Assembly: GCA_051294375.1 (NCBI GenBank)
Contig: CM119269.1
Span: 20,350,371-20,414,370 of the forward strand
Reading direction: 5' to 3'
Source: Paraspadella gotoi
Lineage: Eukaryota; Animalia; Chaetognatha
Length of the DNA stretch: 64,000 nucleotides
Each line of letters starts with the position of its first letter. Positions within the stretch are counted from its first letter, which is position 1. Below are positions 28,173 to 57,453 of this stretch, in pieces. The translations under genes and the position numbers were made by a program. Under the pieces are notes generated by a model, which had not been told where the DNA came from, made no database searches, and was given only the letters and a program-made list of their open reading frames with translations.

Positions 28173-29575
28173 AGGAAAATAGAGAAATTTACAAAAAATA
28201 AAATGTAAAACGTAAGAAATGATTAAAGAATTACTTAATACTACGTCACAAATATTCCTTTGAAACAATATGGTCAAAGAGATAATTCGCTTTTAAAATG
28301 AGGCAGACATAAATCATGTTTTAAAATAGGCCCATTTGACGTGACAGACCAAGCGAAACCTCGTTTGTGACGTGACAAATCACGCGTTTTTCTTATCTTT
28401 TTTTTTAATTGTTGAGGAAAATACGCGTCTGTTTGTCTTTCGTTTTTTCTTTGGGTCATTTTCGATTTTTTTCGTTATCTTCAATTAGGTATTCGGCGCA
28501 GCTAGCGAACATATACTCATTAGCGATCTTCCGTTTGTACTAATCCGTTTTTATTTGTTGTTGGAAGTTTTTGTATGTATATTTTCTTGTAATTTTTTAT
28601 ATCTATTTAATCTTGACCACTTCAGCCAATATACGTATTTAAATTTTTCATTGGTTTTTTTTTCTCAAAGGTTTTTAGCATTACTCTTCGCCTGCCAAAT
28701 TCTCATACTGACACAAAATTATACAAAGTGACTTGACTTAAAAGCATTCGTCCCACAAAGGCATTATCATGACCTCGTTCTCAGAGCTATAACTTTCTCG
28801 GGCGACAAAAAGCGAACAAAACAAAGCAGAATGTTGTTTAAAAGAGTTTTAAAGAGGGGTGGGCTGGGTAAGGGTAAGGGGAGGGGAAAGGAAAGGTGGG
28901 GGGGGCGGAGGTGACCAGCTTGCTTGGATATAGCCATATATGTAGGTTCTGTTTTTGTTTTGTTTTGTTTAGTTTACTTTATTTCCAGAGACACACTCCG
29001 CTTCCCCTTCCCAAATTGAATTATTAGATAAATAAAACATTTTTAAGAAAGAAAGCAATATATTATTTGATTAAATAATAGATTAATAGCTATAGTCTCC
29101 TTCAATAAAATAGAAAATTAGAAAAATAGTGAAACAAAGTATTTGCAAATTTTCATAAATACTTGTGAAAAGTTTTGGTTCCTTTGTTGAAAAAGTTTGA
29201 AACGTTTTGCTAAAACTGAACGACAGAGAGAAGATTTGCTGACCAACAAAAAAAACAAAAGGCACATAAATTACTCGAGAACTTTTCAACGTATATTTTT
29301 TGTTAAAGATATACTGGAATATCGTTTATTTAATTTTTTTTTATTTTATTTCTTTGTTTTTAAAATAATTTCATCCGGTTGGCAGTAAAGCAAACGATTT
29401 TCTTTCTTTGATGCTGAAAAAATTAGAACGATAGTTTCTCTTACAAAATGAGGCTTGCATATTAAGTGTGACAGTGCAGGTAAATGTAGCCGGATAGGCT
29501 TATATAAAGAGTAATGACTGAAGAAAAGAAAGAAAATCGAATGTAGCATAAAGCCAAAAAAAAAAGAGAAAAAAG

Positions 29576-32322
29576 ATGGATCCCAACTCGAGGCTCCCGA
29601 CGCTTTTGACCCAAGAGAATTTCAAGGTTAAATTCCTCAACGAATACGATTCGATTCTCTTGGACTTGGACGGAACCATGTGGAACCAAGACGGAATCAC
29701 CGATATACCCAACGTCGCCGCCGCTTACAACGTCAGTAATTAGTGATTGCTTGATTCATTAATTTAAAAAAAACAAAAAAACATTCGATCAATTGCCGAG
29801 TCAGTTCCTTCGCGCCGCCGGTAAACGTGTCTTCTTCATGACCAACTGCGCCAAACTGAGTCGACGAAAACTCTGCGAGAAACTCTGGGACATCGGAGTC
29901 GAATCGGGAGTCCGATACGTCTACACCGCGGGTTACGTCTGCGCGCAGTATATCAAGCAGAGGTGCGAGCTGAGCCGACGAGTAGGTGCGGACAGAGCGA
30001 GATCAGTGGCTAATTCGCGTACTTAATTACTTATATTACTTATATTACTAATAATTACTTATGTCGCGCCGTTTTGTTGTTACTACGTACAATTTAAAAG
30101 CATGAAAAATTTCGGCCCGTTAAATATTTAAAGAAATAGTGCAGAAAACTGAGTTTTACGAACTTAAGTATTAACAGAAACAGTATTAACATAATCAGAA
30201 ACAGTAACAGTGTATAAAAACTGAAAAAAGATAAACAAGTAAAAATTAGACTATTAAAATTCAACAAAACAAAAGACACTAACGTTTAAAATGGAATTTT
30301 AATAAAATTTATGAACTAATTCATAAGAAACTATAAAATATAACGGTCAAGAAGGTTCAAGGATAAAATGTCAAAATCATAAAAAGCAGAATCAGTAAAA
30401 ATCGAAATCTATTCCGCGTTTGTCCTGACTACTTAATAAAATCACATGAAATCATAATTTTTGACGATTCTAAACTTAACGGGCATAATTTCTATTTTTG
30501 AGCGTCGGAACCCATTAAAAAAATTTATAACGTCATAATATCGTATGGTAAAATGCAAATTAGATTGTCGTTAAAGCAGGTAAGCCATTCGCCTTCTTCA
30601 GGTTGGACAAGCGAGCCAAAGTCTACGCGATGGTGGATCAAGGTTTCAAGGAGGAGTTTGAAGAGTTGGGCGTTCCTACATCGGTTACGGGAAGGACTCG
30701 TCGTCAACGTCATCCCAAAGACCATCTCAGTCAAGGAGATTCAAAAGGCGAGCCGTTCACGTTGGAGATGATGATGATGAAAATGGAGATAGTTTAGTGG
30801 GTCTATTTAGACAGAATACTACGTAAAGTACGTATAATATATATATATATTCATACTGTCGTTATTCAAACGGCAAAATCTATATCTAACCTCATTCCAT
30901 AATTAGATTTACATGGACCCGACGTCCGTGCCGTCGTCGCGGGACTCGATCCCTGGTTCTGCGTCACCAAACTCTTTAAAGCCGGTCGCATCTGCAGAAT
31001 AAGAAATGTCTCTTCCTCACGACAGATGCAGGGACGGGGGTGGAGGTGTGGAAGGAGAGAGAGAGAGAGTGAGAGAGAGAAAGTACAAACATTTTTACAG
31101 TTATCATATCTCTTTCTGTAACCCTCGCCCCATCATCTATACAACTTTTGGTCATCCACTACAGCCTTCCATCTCTTTTTCAAAAGATCCCTCTTCTTAG
31201 CTAATATTCCTTCACCTCCGCCAACCACCCCCCCCCCAGATAGCAGCCGGTTACGTCCTTCCCGCCGCAGGTGCCATCGCCAATTCGGTCAAGAGCGCCG
31301 CCAACCGCGAGGCGCCGATCATCATGGGAAAACCCAACGTGCACCTGTTCGACCTGATCAAGCAAGAGCATCTGGGAGTCAATCCGAGCAGGTGGCGGGG
31401 TGGATTGGAAAGCAGACGATTGATTCTCATTTAGAGTTAGGTCATAGTTATTAATTTATGGATTGTTTTCATAGTTGATTGATAAAGCTAGTGTTTCAAA
31501 ATAATTTTTACAATAATTTTTTTTTAGTGTTCTTCAGTAATAACTAACATATTATTAATATACTAATTGTTTTCAATGAATCGATAATCACATTTTGGTC
31601 GATGACAACAACGAATTCAGAACGATCGTGATCGGCGACAAACTGACGACGGACATCAAATTCGCGAAGGCCAATCGACTCTCCTCGGTTCTGGTGATGA
31701 CGGGCAACACGAAGCGAGAGACTCTCGACGACCTGTTGGATACAATCTTGAGGAAAAGGTGAGCCAAGGATTCGTGAGTGGGAGAGGAAAATAACGAAGG
31801 GAACAAAAGGGGATGAAAGTTGGCGAACGTAAAATAGTGATGAAATAGATGAAGAAAAACGATGAAGTGTGGTAGAAACAAACATTTGTAATTTTCTCGA
31901 GGGGAAGAAAGAATATAAAAAAAAGTTTATGCAAAAATTTAGACGAAACGATGAAGGATCTCGTTGGCTATATCATCTTTTTAGTAGAATAAAATTTTAA
32001 AAAATACTAAAATTTTTCGTGAAAATATTGCATCTCTTCACTCTTATTACCAAAGAATCTTCCATTCCATTTTTTTCCCCCCGCTCCCTGCCAAACTTCA
32101 CCGCTCCGGTTCAGATTGACCATTCCGGAGCAGAAGGCCCTCAGGTCACGCTTCCAATGCTGCAACAAGGTCACCGGCTCGCCCGCCGCCAAATGCCAAT
32201 GCGTTCCGACCTTCCTCCTTCCTTCCTTCGGCGATTTCGGTATTTGGGGCGCGCCCCCGGCCTCCGAGGAGGAGACGTGTCAGTGCTACGTTCCTCAGCC
32301 GCCGTGTCACGACGTTTGTTGA
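29576..32322 (+). CDS. HAD-superfamily subclass IIA phosphatase (phosphoglycolate phosphatase / chronophin / p-nitrophenylphosphatase-like); exons ~29576-29731, 29805-29962, 30602-30747, 30907-~31038, ~31240-31391, 31621-31758, 32115-32322
   Basis: Motif I ILLDLDGTMW; motif II RVFFMTNC; cap segments KVYAMVDQGFKEEFEELG and DPDVRAVVAGLDPWFCVTKLFKA; motif III IIMGKPN; motif IV TIVIGDKLTTDIKF...VLVMTG; C-terminal VPTFLLPSFGDF. A few 1-bp indels remain (exons 3-4). Confidence 0.88.
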
Positions 32323-32660
32323 GGTCGGGAGCGGCTGACAGTCTACGTTACGCCGCCGCAAGGAGGAACCGTGCTACGTTGCTGTCCTCGTATTTTTTTA
32401 TGGACTTTTTTTTCACGTTCAATTAAAAAAATTCGGGGGGCGGGCGTCAAGATTACGTTCAATCAAGTTGATGAAAATAAAGAAAAATAAAATGAAAACA
32501 TTTTTTAGTTGAATTTATTTAAAACCAATCATTCAAAAGATCATTAAAAGATAATTAAATTATACTATTAACAAAAGAGAATCTATTTAGTAATAATTAT
32601 TTTACCGCCTGAAAACTCTTTTTCTGATCTTTTCAGTTTCCCTTCTTAAGGAGACCCGTA

Positions 32661-45430
<12,770 letters not shown>

Positions 45431-46029
45431 GAAGGGTGGGGGGGAGGTGAGAGGTGATAAGAGGAGGAGGGTAGGAGAGAGGGAAATAGAAATAGAATAA
45501 GAACGGAATAGAAAGAAAATAAGAAAGGATTAGCAGAAAATTAAAGAATCGAATGTATAGTTAAGAACGATGGAAAACCGAGATTTTCTATCAAAAACAT
45601 ATTATCTTCGTCTTTACGCACTCATCTGAAAAAAAAGTCCGAAATTTAAAATAACTCATTCGTATTAAAATTCCCAGCCTCACACCATTTATTTTCCGAG
45701 CTTCTCCCTAAATGTATTCAGTCCTCGTACCCTAATCGCATTCAACTCCAAGCTTCCTTTCTTCACCGCGTTTTTTCCAATGAATACGAAATCGCCTTTT
45801 AAAATCGAATGAACGCAAAGGGATAAAATCTCATTTTTTAAAACGAAAAAAAAAANNNNNNNNNNNNNNNNNNNNNNNNNCCTCCATTTTTCCAATGGAT
45901 GAAACCGTTTACAATACAGAAAGGTGTTCTTGACTAATAAAGATCCACATTTTAATTAATTATTATCTACTAAAAATTTTATACGAAAACCTTCATTTAA
46001 AAAAATCTGTTTGTTATTTATTATTATAA

Positions 46030-46945
46030 CTTTTTTAGCTGCAATTAATACATGGGACAATGAATTAATGATTAATAATTACTCTTAAAGAATTGAATGA
46101 AATGAATGAATGATGAATGAATTAAATGAATTGAATTAAGAATTAATGAATGAATGATTTAACAATTTTGATATATTAATGAAAACATCTTAATAAAAAA
46201 AATAAATCAGCATCAATAGCGTCAAGCCTCACTTTGTCGAGTCCCGTTTTGTAGGCCGCTGGCGAAGGAATCCCTCCGTTTTTGTTGCAGCATCGGTCGA
46301 AGACAGGGCGTAAACAAACGGATGAAAAACCAAAAAAACAGAGAAAGAAAGATTTGTTTCGTGGCAGTAGCATGATGGGTTTTTTTTCTACTAAGCTAAG
46401 GTTTATGTTATTGTCGTTGGTGACATGAAGTTAATCTTGGCTTGAGTTTTATTAGTTTATTTCTTTTACTTGCGCTTAGGTTATTTATTAATTAATTAAT
46501 TAATTAATTAATTTTTTAGCTGCAATTAATACCATGGGACAATGAATTAATGAATTAATAATTACTTTAATGAATGAATAAATGAATGAATGATGAATGA
46601 ATAAATGATTGAGTTAAGAATTAATGAATGAATGATTTAACAATTTCTTGAATAATTAATGAAAACATCTTAATAAATAAATCGAGCAATCAATAGCGAT
46701 CAAGGCCTCACTTTGTCCGAGTCCTTTTGTAAGCCGCGGGGAAGGATCCCTCGTTTTGTGCAGCCATGGTCGAAGACAGGGCGTAAACAAACGATGGAAA
46801 AACCAAAAAAACAGAGAAAGAAAAGATTTGTTTCGTGCAGTAGCATGTGGGTTTTTTTTTCTACTAAGCTAAGGTTTATGTTATTTGTCGTTTGGTGACA
46901 TAAGTTTAATCTTGGCTTGAGTTTTATAGTTTATTTCTTTTACTT
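46030..46945. repeat. Direct tandem duplication of ~480 bp
   Basis: ttttagctgcaattaatac...ggttatttat at ~46030-46490 and ~46513-46960, differing mostly by indels. Confidence 0.85.
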
Positions 46946-48711
46946 TGTAGGTTATTTATATTAATGTATTCTGGTCAATGTATGCTTCAGACCAGAAACA
47001 GTTCTGTATCATTATAATGTTAATGATAAATAGAAAACAAAAACAGTAATTCTGCTGATCGACTTTTTTCCTTTTACTCGCTCCAAACGCCTCGGTATTA
47101 TCTATGTCCAGCTGGCTCTTTTTTCGGAATGTTGTATTTTTAAGCGACGATCAAACAACTTCAAATTGATAAAAATTGTCGGTAAAATTGTAACTTCATG
47201 ATGTTTAGGATCTGTCACCCGGTCGGTTTTATTTTATTTTTTTTTGTTGCTTCTTATTTAGAAGAAACGTAAATAATTTTTTTCGTGAAAAAGAACAATG
47301 TTTGTTTTTTGAATATATACCCACAAACCACCTAAACCCGTAATCACCCTTAATCGTAACACTCAAACCCAAACATTAACTACCTAACCCGTCCGACTTC
47401 GGGTATACCAGTCGGCAAAGTTAAAATAGTGCCAATTTTCAATGTTTTTTTATAAATTTCAATAGATCAAAAAGCGAGAAAATGACTGAAGATATCAAAC
47501 TCTTTACTATATTATATATAGTATATAGTAAATACTAAATCCTTCATAACAATATATAAAAATATAAAATAGTGAAACAAAAAGATAATTTGCAAATTTT
47601 TCATATATATTGTATATATAAGTATATATAGTAGATCCCAAAAGTAGTTATTAGACAAATTCGAGTCATAAAAAACGTTTGCACACTTAATCAGAACGAT
47701 AATATAAATAATTTTAGTAATAAAATTAACTTTAATGCATGAACATAAGGATCCGGATCGAATACGTAATTTCGTATCTTTTTAATGTTAAAAGAACGGT
47801 CCAAAGCCGGTTCAAAAGAACAAAAGATACTAGCGAACCTGGCGGATATTCGCGAATTTTTCATAAAAGAGCATCTTTCCCTTGTTGAAAATCTGACGAT
47901 GAGTTTATTTTTTATTGATAGCATATGTATTATTATAATTATGTTTCTATGTTTATTTAATAATATTCATAATGCTTCACTAATTTTGTAAAGTTTTTTA
48001 GTAGCTGCATGTTATGATTTTAATAGTTTTTTCTGTTTTTTATAGGAAAACATTTTAGAAATTAATCGTTTGTTTGCTGTACTGAAATTCAGTCTAACAT
48101 TATTTAAAGAGAAATTAACATATAAAATATGATTTATATAGTCAATGATAAATAACAATAAAATAATTAATATTAATAAAAGATGAAGTTTTATTTTAAC
48201 ACATGACAATATTTTATACCAAAAACATAAATGCTTTAAACGGATATGATTTTGATTTATTAATTTTAATCCCCTTCTTCTTAAACTATTATTATATTAT
48301 TAAAAGTATTTTTCTATTGTACTATAGTTTTATTTATATACTATTAATAGGCCCAATAATTAAGGCATGAATGAGGGTTTGAGATCCATAGTCAAACTTT
48401 TTTTTCAATTTATAAAAAAATTATCTCTTTTATAAATGAAATGTTTTTGATTTGCATAAAAAAAAGTTAACAAATTATAGGGACAGTTATTTATACATAT
48501 AAAAATGAGTCCCGGTTCATTGGTTGCCTCAAACACAAAAGGATCCAATCGTCCAATCTATGTATTTGCTATTTCAAATTTAGTAATATTTATAAGATCG
48601 TATTATTTTCTTCCTGATCATTCAAAAACATTAATATACTTAAATCTCATTGATTATGATATTGATGGATCCTTTTTCTTATCTATATGTATATACGTGT
48701 ACAGGATTTAG

Positions 48712-48800
48712 TGCCCACATATTAATCTGGCCCATAAAAATTGCGCCCCTAAGGATTGCACCCATTAGCATTGGGCCCACATACAATTGCACCCATAGTA
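48712..48800. repeat. Degenerate ~16-bp tandem repeat (attgcrccca-like core)
   Basis: gtgcccacat, tggcccataa, ttgcgcccct, ttgcacccat, ttgggcccac, ttgcacccat at ~16-bp spacing. Confidence 0.6.
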
Positions 48801-49848
48801 TTCGCCACGTATTCCCAGCATATTCCCCGATATTCTACCGTGGTACAATCCTTAATGGAACCTAGTTGACTAAAAATTACTTTTAAAAATATAAAAAATA
48901 TTCATTAATATTTTTAAATAATTTAAATTCTTTCTTTGCAGTAATTTTAAAATATTTTTTTTATTATTATTATTATTAAATTATAAAATACTAAAATTTA
49001 ATATTAGTATTATTATTTTTAAATACTTTTATTGTATTTTATCTTGTTATCAAGTTTTTCCATATTTTACGCTACTTTATAAAGCAATGTATAATTAGTA
49101 ACTTAAACGAATAACTATACAATTTATAATACAATTTATATTATTAGATTATATGTAATAAGAACTTAAACAAGCAAAAATTATATTTATTTTAGCAAAA
49201 AATCCTCTTTTGAATTCTCATTTTGTAAGAAAAAGAAGGGGATTTCAAGCTCTCATTAATTGCTATTTTTGTACCTAATTGTATATTAGTATAAGATTAC
49301 TTATAAAACTATTTATAATTTTAATAAAATATATATTCTAAAAAACTATAATATTCCAATTATTTATTATATTACAATAATTAAAACGATTAAAATTACG
49401 CGAATAAAGGCGTCATCGTTTATCTGGACAAAATCGATCGTAAGCAATTGCATTATTTTTAGAGCCAGATTAAAAATCGACCGGAACTCTATGTGAGAAT
49501 ACAAATCGAATAAAAGGTGTTTTAAATTAAAAGTATAATATATGGTGTTGATCACTTTGTGGAACGTTTTTTTGAAAAATCTGAATCCATCTTGATACAC
49601 TAATATAAGCAGTAGCGATTCCTTGTGACGCGTTATAACGAATTATTGGAGATTTAAGAAAATTGTTCCTTTATTTCGGTCTAAACCACTAAACCACGTT
49701 TTTTATTTAACATTTGGAGACAAAAGATTTTCCTTGACCTGAGACGTTCGGATTTATAAATTAATTTATTCAGTTGAGTTATAATTTACAATTGTGAAAT
49801 TTTAATTAGGGAATTTTTTGTATTTTTTTCTTCTCTCTTCACCGGTGA

Positions 49849-52108
<2,260 letters not shown>

Positions 52109-53044
52109 TTTGTTCAAATCTATTTTATGAAGAAAATATTTTTCAAACAACATGAATGGAGTTCAGAAGCAAAAAAAAGATTTTTTTGGGAAAAACGTCT
52201 ACTTTTGACAATGCTGGTTAGCGTAATATTCCTCTTTAATAATCATTGGTTCAGTTTTGATAGGGGAGTTGAGAGGTGGAGTGAGTAAGTGATAGAGAGA
52301 GAGAGACGTGAGAGAGAGAAGAGAGAGAGATGAGAGAGAGAGTGTGTGTGTGGTGACGAGAGAAATAAAGAAAGAAAGAAAGAAAGAAAGATGAGAGGAG
52401 ACGAGAGAGAGAAAGAAAGAAAGAAAAGAAAGATATAATAAGAAAGAAAGAAAGATAAGAAATAAGAAAGAAAGAAAGAAAGAAGACGGAACGGGCCTAC
52501 ATGAGAACGAAATTGTTGATTATTAGTTGTATTAAAATCTTACCAAAAGGAAATAGCCCCCCAAATTGTGAAAAAAACCCAGATACTTTGTTTTATCGAA
52601 ACTTTAATTGACTGTTGAATCCCTCCGGGGTGTTAAATTAGCTTCTCGCATTCTTGACGCCTGAGATAAAAGATTTCATGACATTTTTGAAAAACCCCTC
52701 GTCACAAAGAATTAGGGTCGATTTAATTCAATTAATCTTTATATTAACAGAAAATTAATATTTTCGTTTTTCCCTGAAATCGATTCTTTTTAAAAGAAAT
52801 TATTGAAGATTTCCTTGAAAGAAATAGTTTTGGGCTACTAAAATTAATCGAAATTTTTCATCTTTACTTTCATTCATTTTATNNNNNNNNNNNNNNNNNN
52901 NNNNNNNNNNNNNNNNNNNNNTTCATGCGTGTATTGTGTAATAATGTAATTTACTTTTCGTCCTAGATCCGATTAGTATTGTATTTTTATTACATAAACT
53001 ACAATTAGTTAATACCAAATAATTAAATTAACGAATTAAATAAA

Positions 53045-53492
53045 TTACAATTTACCAATAATTGTTTTCTCTTCGTTCGTCGAACGACTCTGAGCCAAAT
53101 TCGCGTAAAGGAGTCCGTCTTGTTCATCAGATATTTGGGCGGCGTCATCGACGCTTCCTCCAGCGCCACTTACTCCAACTCCAGCGTCGAGTTCGACGTA
53201 TGTTCCCTCGCCGGGGCCAGTCATGTCAACGCCTTTTTCTACGGGATCGTGGCGGTTTTGATACTCGTTTAATGACGTCAANNNNNNNNNNNNNNNNNNN
53301 NNNNNNNNNNNNNNNNNNNNNNNNNNNNNNNNNNNNNNNNNNNNNNNNNNNNNNNNNNNNNNNNNNNNNNNNNNNNNNNNNNNNNNNNNNNNNNNNNNNN
53401 NNNNNNNNNNNNNNNNNNNNNNNNNNNNNNNNNNNNNNNNNNNNNNNNNNNNNNNNNNNNNNNNNNNNNNNNNNNNNNNNNNNNNNNNNNNN

Positions 53493-53531
<39 letters not shown>

Positions 53532-54874
53532 GAAAATAATAGTACTGATGATAAGAAAAACAATATTTTTTTCCAAAAAACGAACGATATTTTTTTATTT
53601 TCCATTTTTTTCTTCTTCCAATCGATCAGTGATATTTTTTTTTTCACTCGTTTTTTGTTAATCATAGTACCTAATCAATTTTTAATCATTTTAAAAATAT
53701 ACGGTATGAATGAAATGTTATATTTCTATTTGAGATAATACTCAAAACTAATAACATTTCTTCCCCCTTATCTATTTGAATTATTGTTTATTTATATACT
53801 TACCTTTTCCGATGCTGCGTTGCTCTTTTGTCCTTTTGACTTCCGTCTTTGCTTCTTCATCAGGAAAACAGTGAAGATGACGAGAACAACGACTAAGAAG
53901 ACGATGACGACGACGAAGACGAAGCCGATGTTCTCTTTCAGCCAATCAAATGCGGAGGCGTTTGTGGCGGGCGAGGAGGTGGTCGACGTTGCACCTGTGA
54001 TTTCGGTGGGCGGCGTTGAGGAATATATATCGAAATTGAGGAATCTTTAGATATAAAAAAATTAACATATTTGAGCAAGGAATTTTCAAAAAGTATAATA
54101 TGAAAATTTACCGGATATCTTTGAGACATTATATCGTATAAGGGTAATATTCCCAACTCCAATTTTATCATAAAATGAAGAGTAATTGTAGGCACAAATT
54201 AATTCAGCGCTAGAGAACTTGTCATTGACTTTTATTGTATAAGTATAATTATTGTTCGGCTCATATTGGATGCTCTCGATTCCAAATGATGTTAAATTGC
54301 CAAAAAATATTTTGTTTTTCCCATAGAACATCGTACGAGATTCTCCGGATGGGAATTCTAATATGAGAATTGGAACCAAGTTTGGGTTTTCTTGCAGGCA
54401 ATAGATTACTTTTTCATCGTAGCTTTTTATGTGCATTTGGATAATCTTGGGTTGTTTTTGTAAGACAGTTACTAATAAATCTAGAGTCTGTTCCGAAACA
54501 ACATTTATTTCCAACTCATTGAATACGCTCTCTGACGGTATAACTAAGGCGAAATAATTTATGTTTAAGTCTTTATATTTAAGGCGTTTCCCCATTTAAT
54601 CGCGTTGAGGAGTACTTGAAAATCTAGATATGCGCCTTTGGGGATTTGTAAGACGCCTTACATAAACCTGTGTGTCTTTAGATGCGTAACATTTTTCTAT
54701 ATTTATGTATTTGTTTGAGCAACCGGTGACCAAGAACAGAGTACCGGTAGAGGTGTTGGCCATTTATTCAAGAGTTTTTTAGTACATCCCCGTATGCAAT
54801 TTTTAGTTATGGTTGTAACCAACAACAATAACGGTAAAACTATAAACGCGAGAAAACCAAGTCGAAGCGGCCAT
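53045..54874 (-). CDS. Cell-surface family member R2: signal peptide + ectodomain (~54874-54112), stalk/TM exon (~54046-53804), cytoplasmic exon (~53280-53045); contains frameshifts and a gap
   Basis: Hydrophobic leader LGFLAFIVLPLLLLVTT; TGCSNKYINIE; LDLLVTV...IYCLQENPNLVPIL...DKFSSAELICAYNY; AFDWLKENIG then FVFVVVIVFLVVVLVIFTVFLM-KKQRRK; tail NEYQN, GTYVEL, LLYANL. Confidence 0.68.
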
Positions 54875-55566
54875 CGCGCTTAAAATAAAACCGATCAAAA
54901 CTGTGCATTTTTTAAAGAGAAAGAAAATGAGTAAGCGGTTAAGAGAAGGGACATGCGGGCGGGCGATTGGAGTTTGAAATTCAAAAGAAATTCTGACTAT
55001 GAAAATCGAGACGAGGATCGCTATAGGAATTTTATAACAAAACAAACAATCAGACATTAAAATACCGAATGACATGAAAAAGTCCGCCTTTGATCCCTCG
55101 ACCTCATCGGTTGGTTGCAGTTGACAGGTGATCTTTCACATTTAGTTAATTTTTGATAATTAGATAATTTAGTTTTTGATGAATATATTTCCACTGGGTT
55201 TGGAAGGATTTTATTACGTATATTCGCTATTGAAAACAATAAAATCTTTATGTTATGATCTAATTATCATGAAAAAAAATTCATGCAAAAAGTATTCATA
55301 CATTCATACGATTATTCATAAATAATCGTTCTATCATAAATCATTAAGCATATGTATCTAAAGAGAGTAACATAATACAATACAGGATAATTTTAAAACT
55401 TTTGTTGGTGCACTTAAAAGATAAAAATGAGAATCAGAAGATAAAAGAATACATACAACAATCTAAGATTTTTTATTTATTTATAATCATTAATAACTAA
55501 TATTAACTATATATTTCACTTCCTCAAAGCATTATCAATGATATCATTTTCAAAATTTTCTTGAAA

Positions 55567-57453
55567 TTATTTTTTTCCCCTTCGTTTCTTGACGCAAATT
55601 AAGACGACGACGACGACTCCGACGACGAACAAAACGACGCCGACGACGACAAAGCCGGCGCCGACGACGCCGAGGTGGTTGGCGATCCAATCGGCGGCGC
55701 CGGCGGAAGAGACTGAAGGAGATGGGGAAGAGGAGGAGGAGGAAGAGTGGTCGAATGTTGTAGTAGAGGAGAAGGCGTGGGAGGATGATGATGATGAGGA
55801 AGAGGAAGAGGAAGATGTGGACAGAGGAGGAAGCGTCTGACGGCGAAGTCGACGACGGCATCATCGAAGGGCGTTGACGTCGGCATCGTCGATTCTTGAT
55901 TAAGGAATTTCGGTCGTCAGGCGTTGAGTCAGAAAGTTTGCTTATTTTAGCCGGCTTACATTCTTTTAAAGCTCATTTCTATTGATTACAAACACTTTAT
56001 TTATAATCAATCGCTTGAGTTTATAAATAAAACCAGAAGAAACAAGAAACAAAATACGACTGAATCCTCGAATATCAACAATAACGCCAATTGAAAAAAA
56101 ATCTAGATTGACAGCCCCCCGCCTAAAATAAACACAAATAACTGACAATAAACCACAACGACGACAATGATAACCTTACCCCGACCCTGACTCACCTCTT
56201 TTCCTGAGATTGAACTCGGCCAGATAAACGAGTCCAACGTCGCCGCGTTTGAGCAGCGTCGCCGCCTGGCCCGGCAGAGCCGCGCCCCGATAGAATTTAT
56301 ATCCGCATCTGAGAGAAGCCGACGAAAAATCTCTGTTCGTTTTGACGACGTAGCGGAAAGGGGAGTCGGGAGTCGGGAGGAAGGCCACGCTGGCGAGGCC
56401 TGGGATGAAAAAGGGGGAAAGGATTAGCGGGAGATTAAGCTCAAGCCGGATAACAGATGTTAACAAATTTAGAACTGTAATTTTTTCTTCATTTATTTTG
56501 CGATGTATATTTATTGATTTTTTTTATTGATTGATTGATTGATTTATTGATTGATTGAGTGATTGTGATAGATTGATTAATTGATTGTGATATTTTTATT
56601 GATTTATTGATTGATAGATCGATTGGTAGATTGATTTATGTATTTACGTATTTTTTTGTTCTCGATATGAACTTCGTCTCTTTAACAACCGGCACAATCT
56701 ATTATTCATTTTCATCTATTTTTGTTTATTAAATTCCGTTTATTTCTATTCCGATTCCTGCTTTCCTCCTTTCTGTTTTCCTCGGCGCTTCTTTTTCCCT
56801 CCCTCCATCAGTTCCTCCCTCTCTTTCTCTCACTCACCTTCAACCGGCAAGTCTTCTCTCCAGACTCGCTCCCCACCGACAAACGCCTCCACCGCCGTCT
56901 CCACCGACGGCCCCACCCACAAACTGGGCACCAAATTTGGGTTTTCCTGTCGACACTCGACGGCCGCTTGTCCAGCGACATCCACCGCCACGCCCATTGT
57001 CTCGGCCTCGCGCCGGAAGACGCCGAGAAGAACGTCGATGGGCGTCTCGGATTCGACGTGCATCCGGTGCTGCGCCGGCTCCCCCACCGGGGCCGCTTTT
57101 AGAAAGAAGGCGGGATCGAGCTCGGCGCCCGTGATGCGGAGCCACGCCGGCGGCGCCAGGTCGAAGTAGGCGCCGGAGTCGACGCTCCGAGTGAGTTGAC
57201 TCACGAAGAGAGTAGCGGCGTCGAGATGGTAAGGAATTTCGACGACGACGCTGGCGTGAGTGCAGCCGGTGAGTTTAATAGAATACGGGATGGTGGCGAT
57301 GGTGAGGTGGAGATCGTCGGAGCAGGGAATGGTGGTTGATGAAGGGTGGGGTGGTGGAGAGGGGGCAATGAGTCGTTGTGGGGAGAAAGGGATCGAAGAA
57401 GCTAAAGGCAAGAGGAGGGAGAGAATGGAGACGATGGCGTGGGAGGAAAACAT
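55567..57453 (-). CDS. Cell-surface family member R3: exons 57453-56838, 56399-56196, ~55836-55567; single-pass with a 7-aa basic tail
   Basis: Signal MFSSHAIVSILSLLLPLASS; LTGCTHASVVVE; IDVLLGV...VECRQENPNLVPSL; RDFSSASLRCGYKF; Ser-rich stalk, AADWIANHLG, TM VVGAGFVVVGVVLFVVGVVVVVLICV-KKRRGKK*. The last-exon frame needs one indel or another acceptor. Confidence 0.7.

Noticed and set aside
47330-47392. Interstitial telomeric repeat
   Set aside because: Too degenerate; no consecutive perfect TAACCC units
55550-55864. Alternative last-exon frame for R3 (HIFLFLFLIIIIL...RRRR)
   Set aside because: Hydrophobicity arises from ctt/cat repeats; the other frame gives the stalk-Trp-TM-basic layout shared with R2 and R4. 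Not fully excluded without cDNA.
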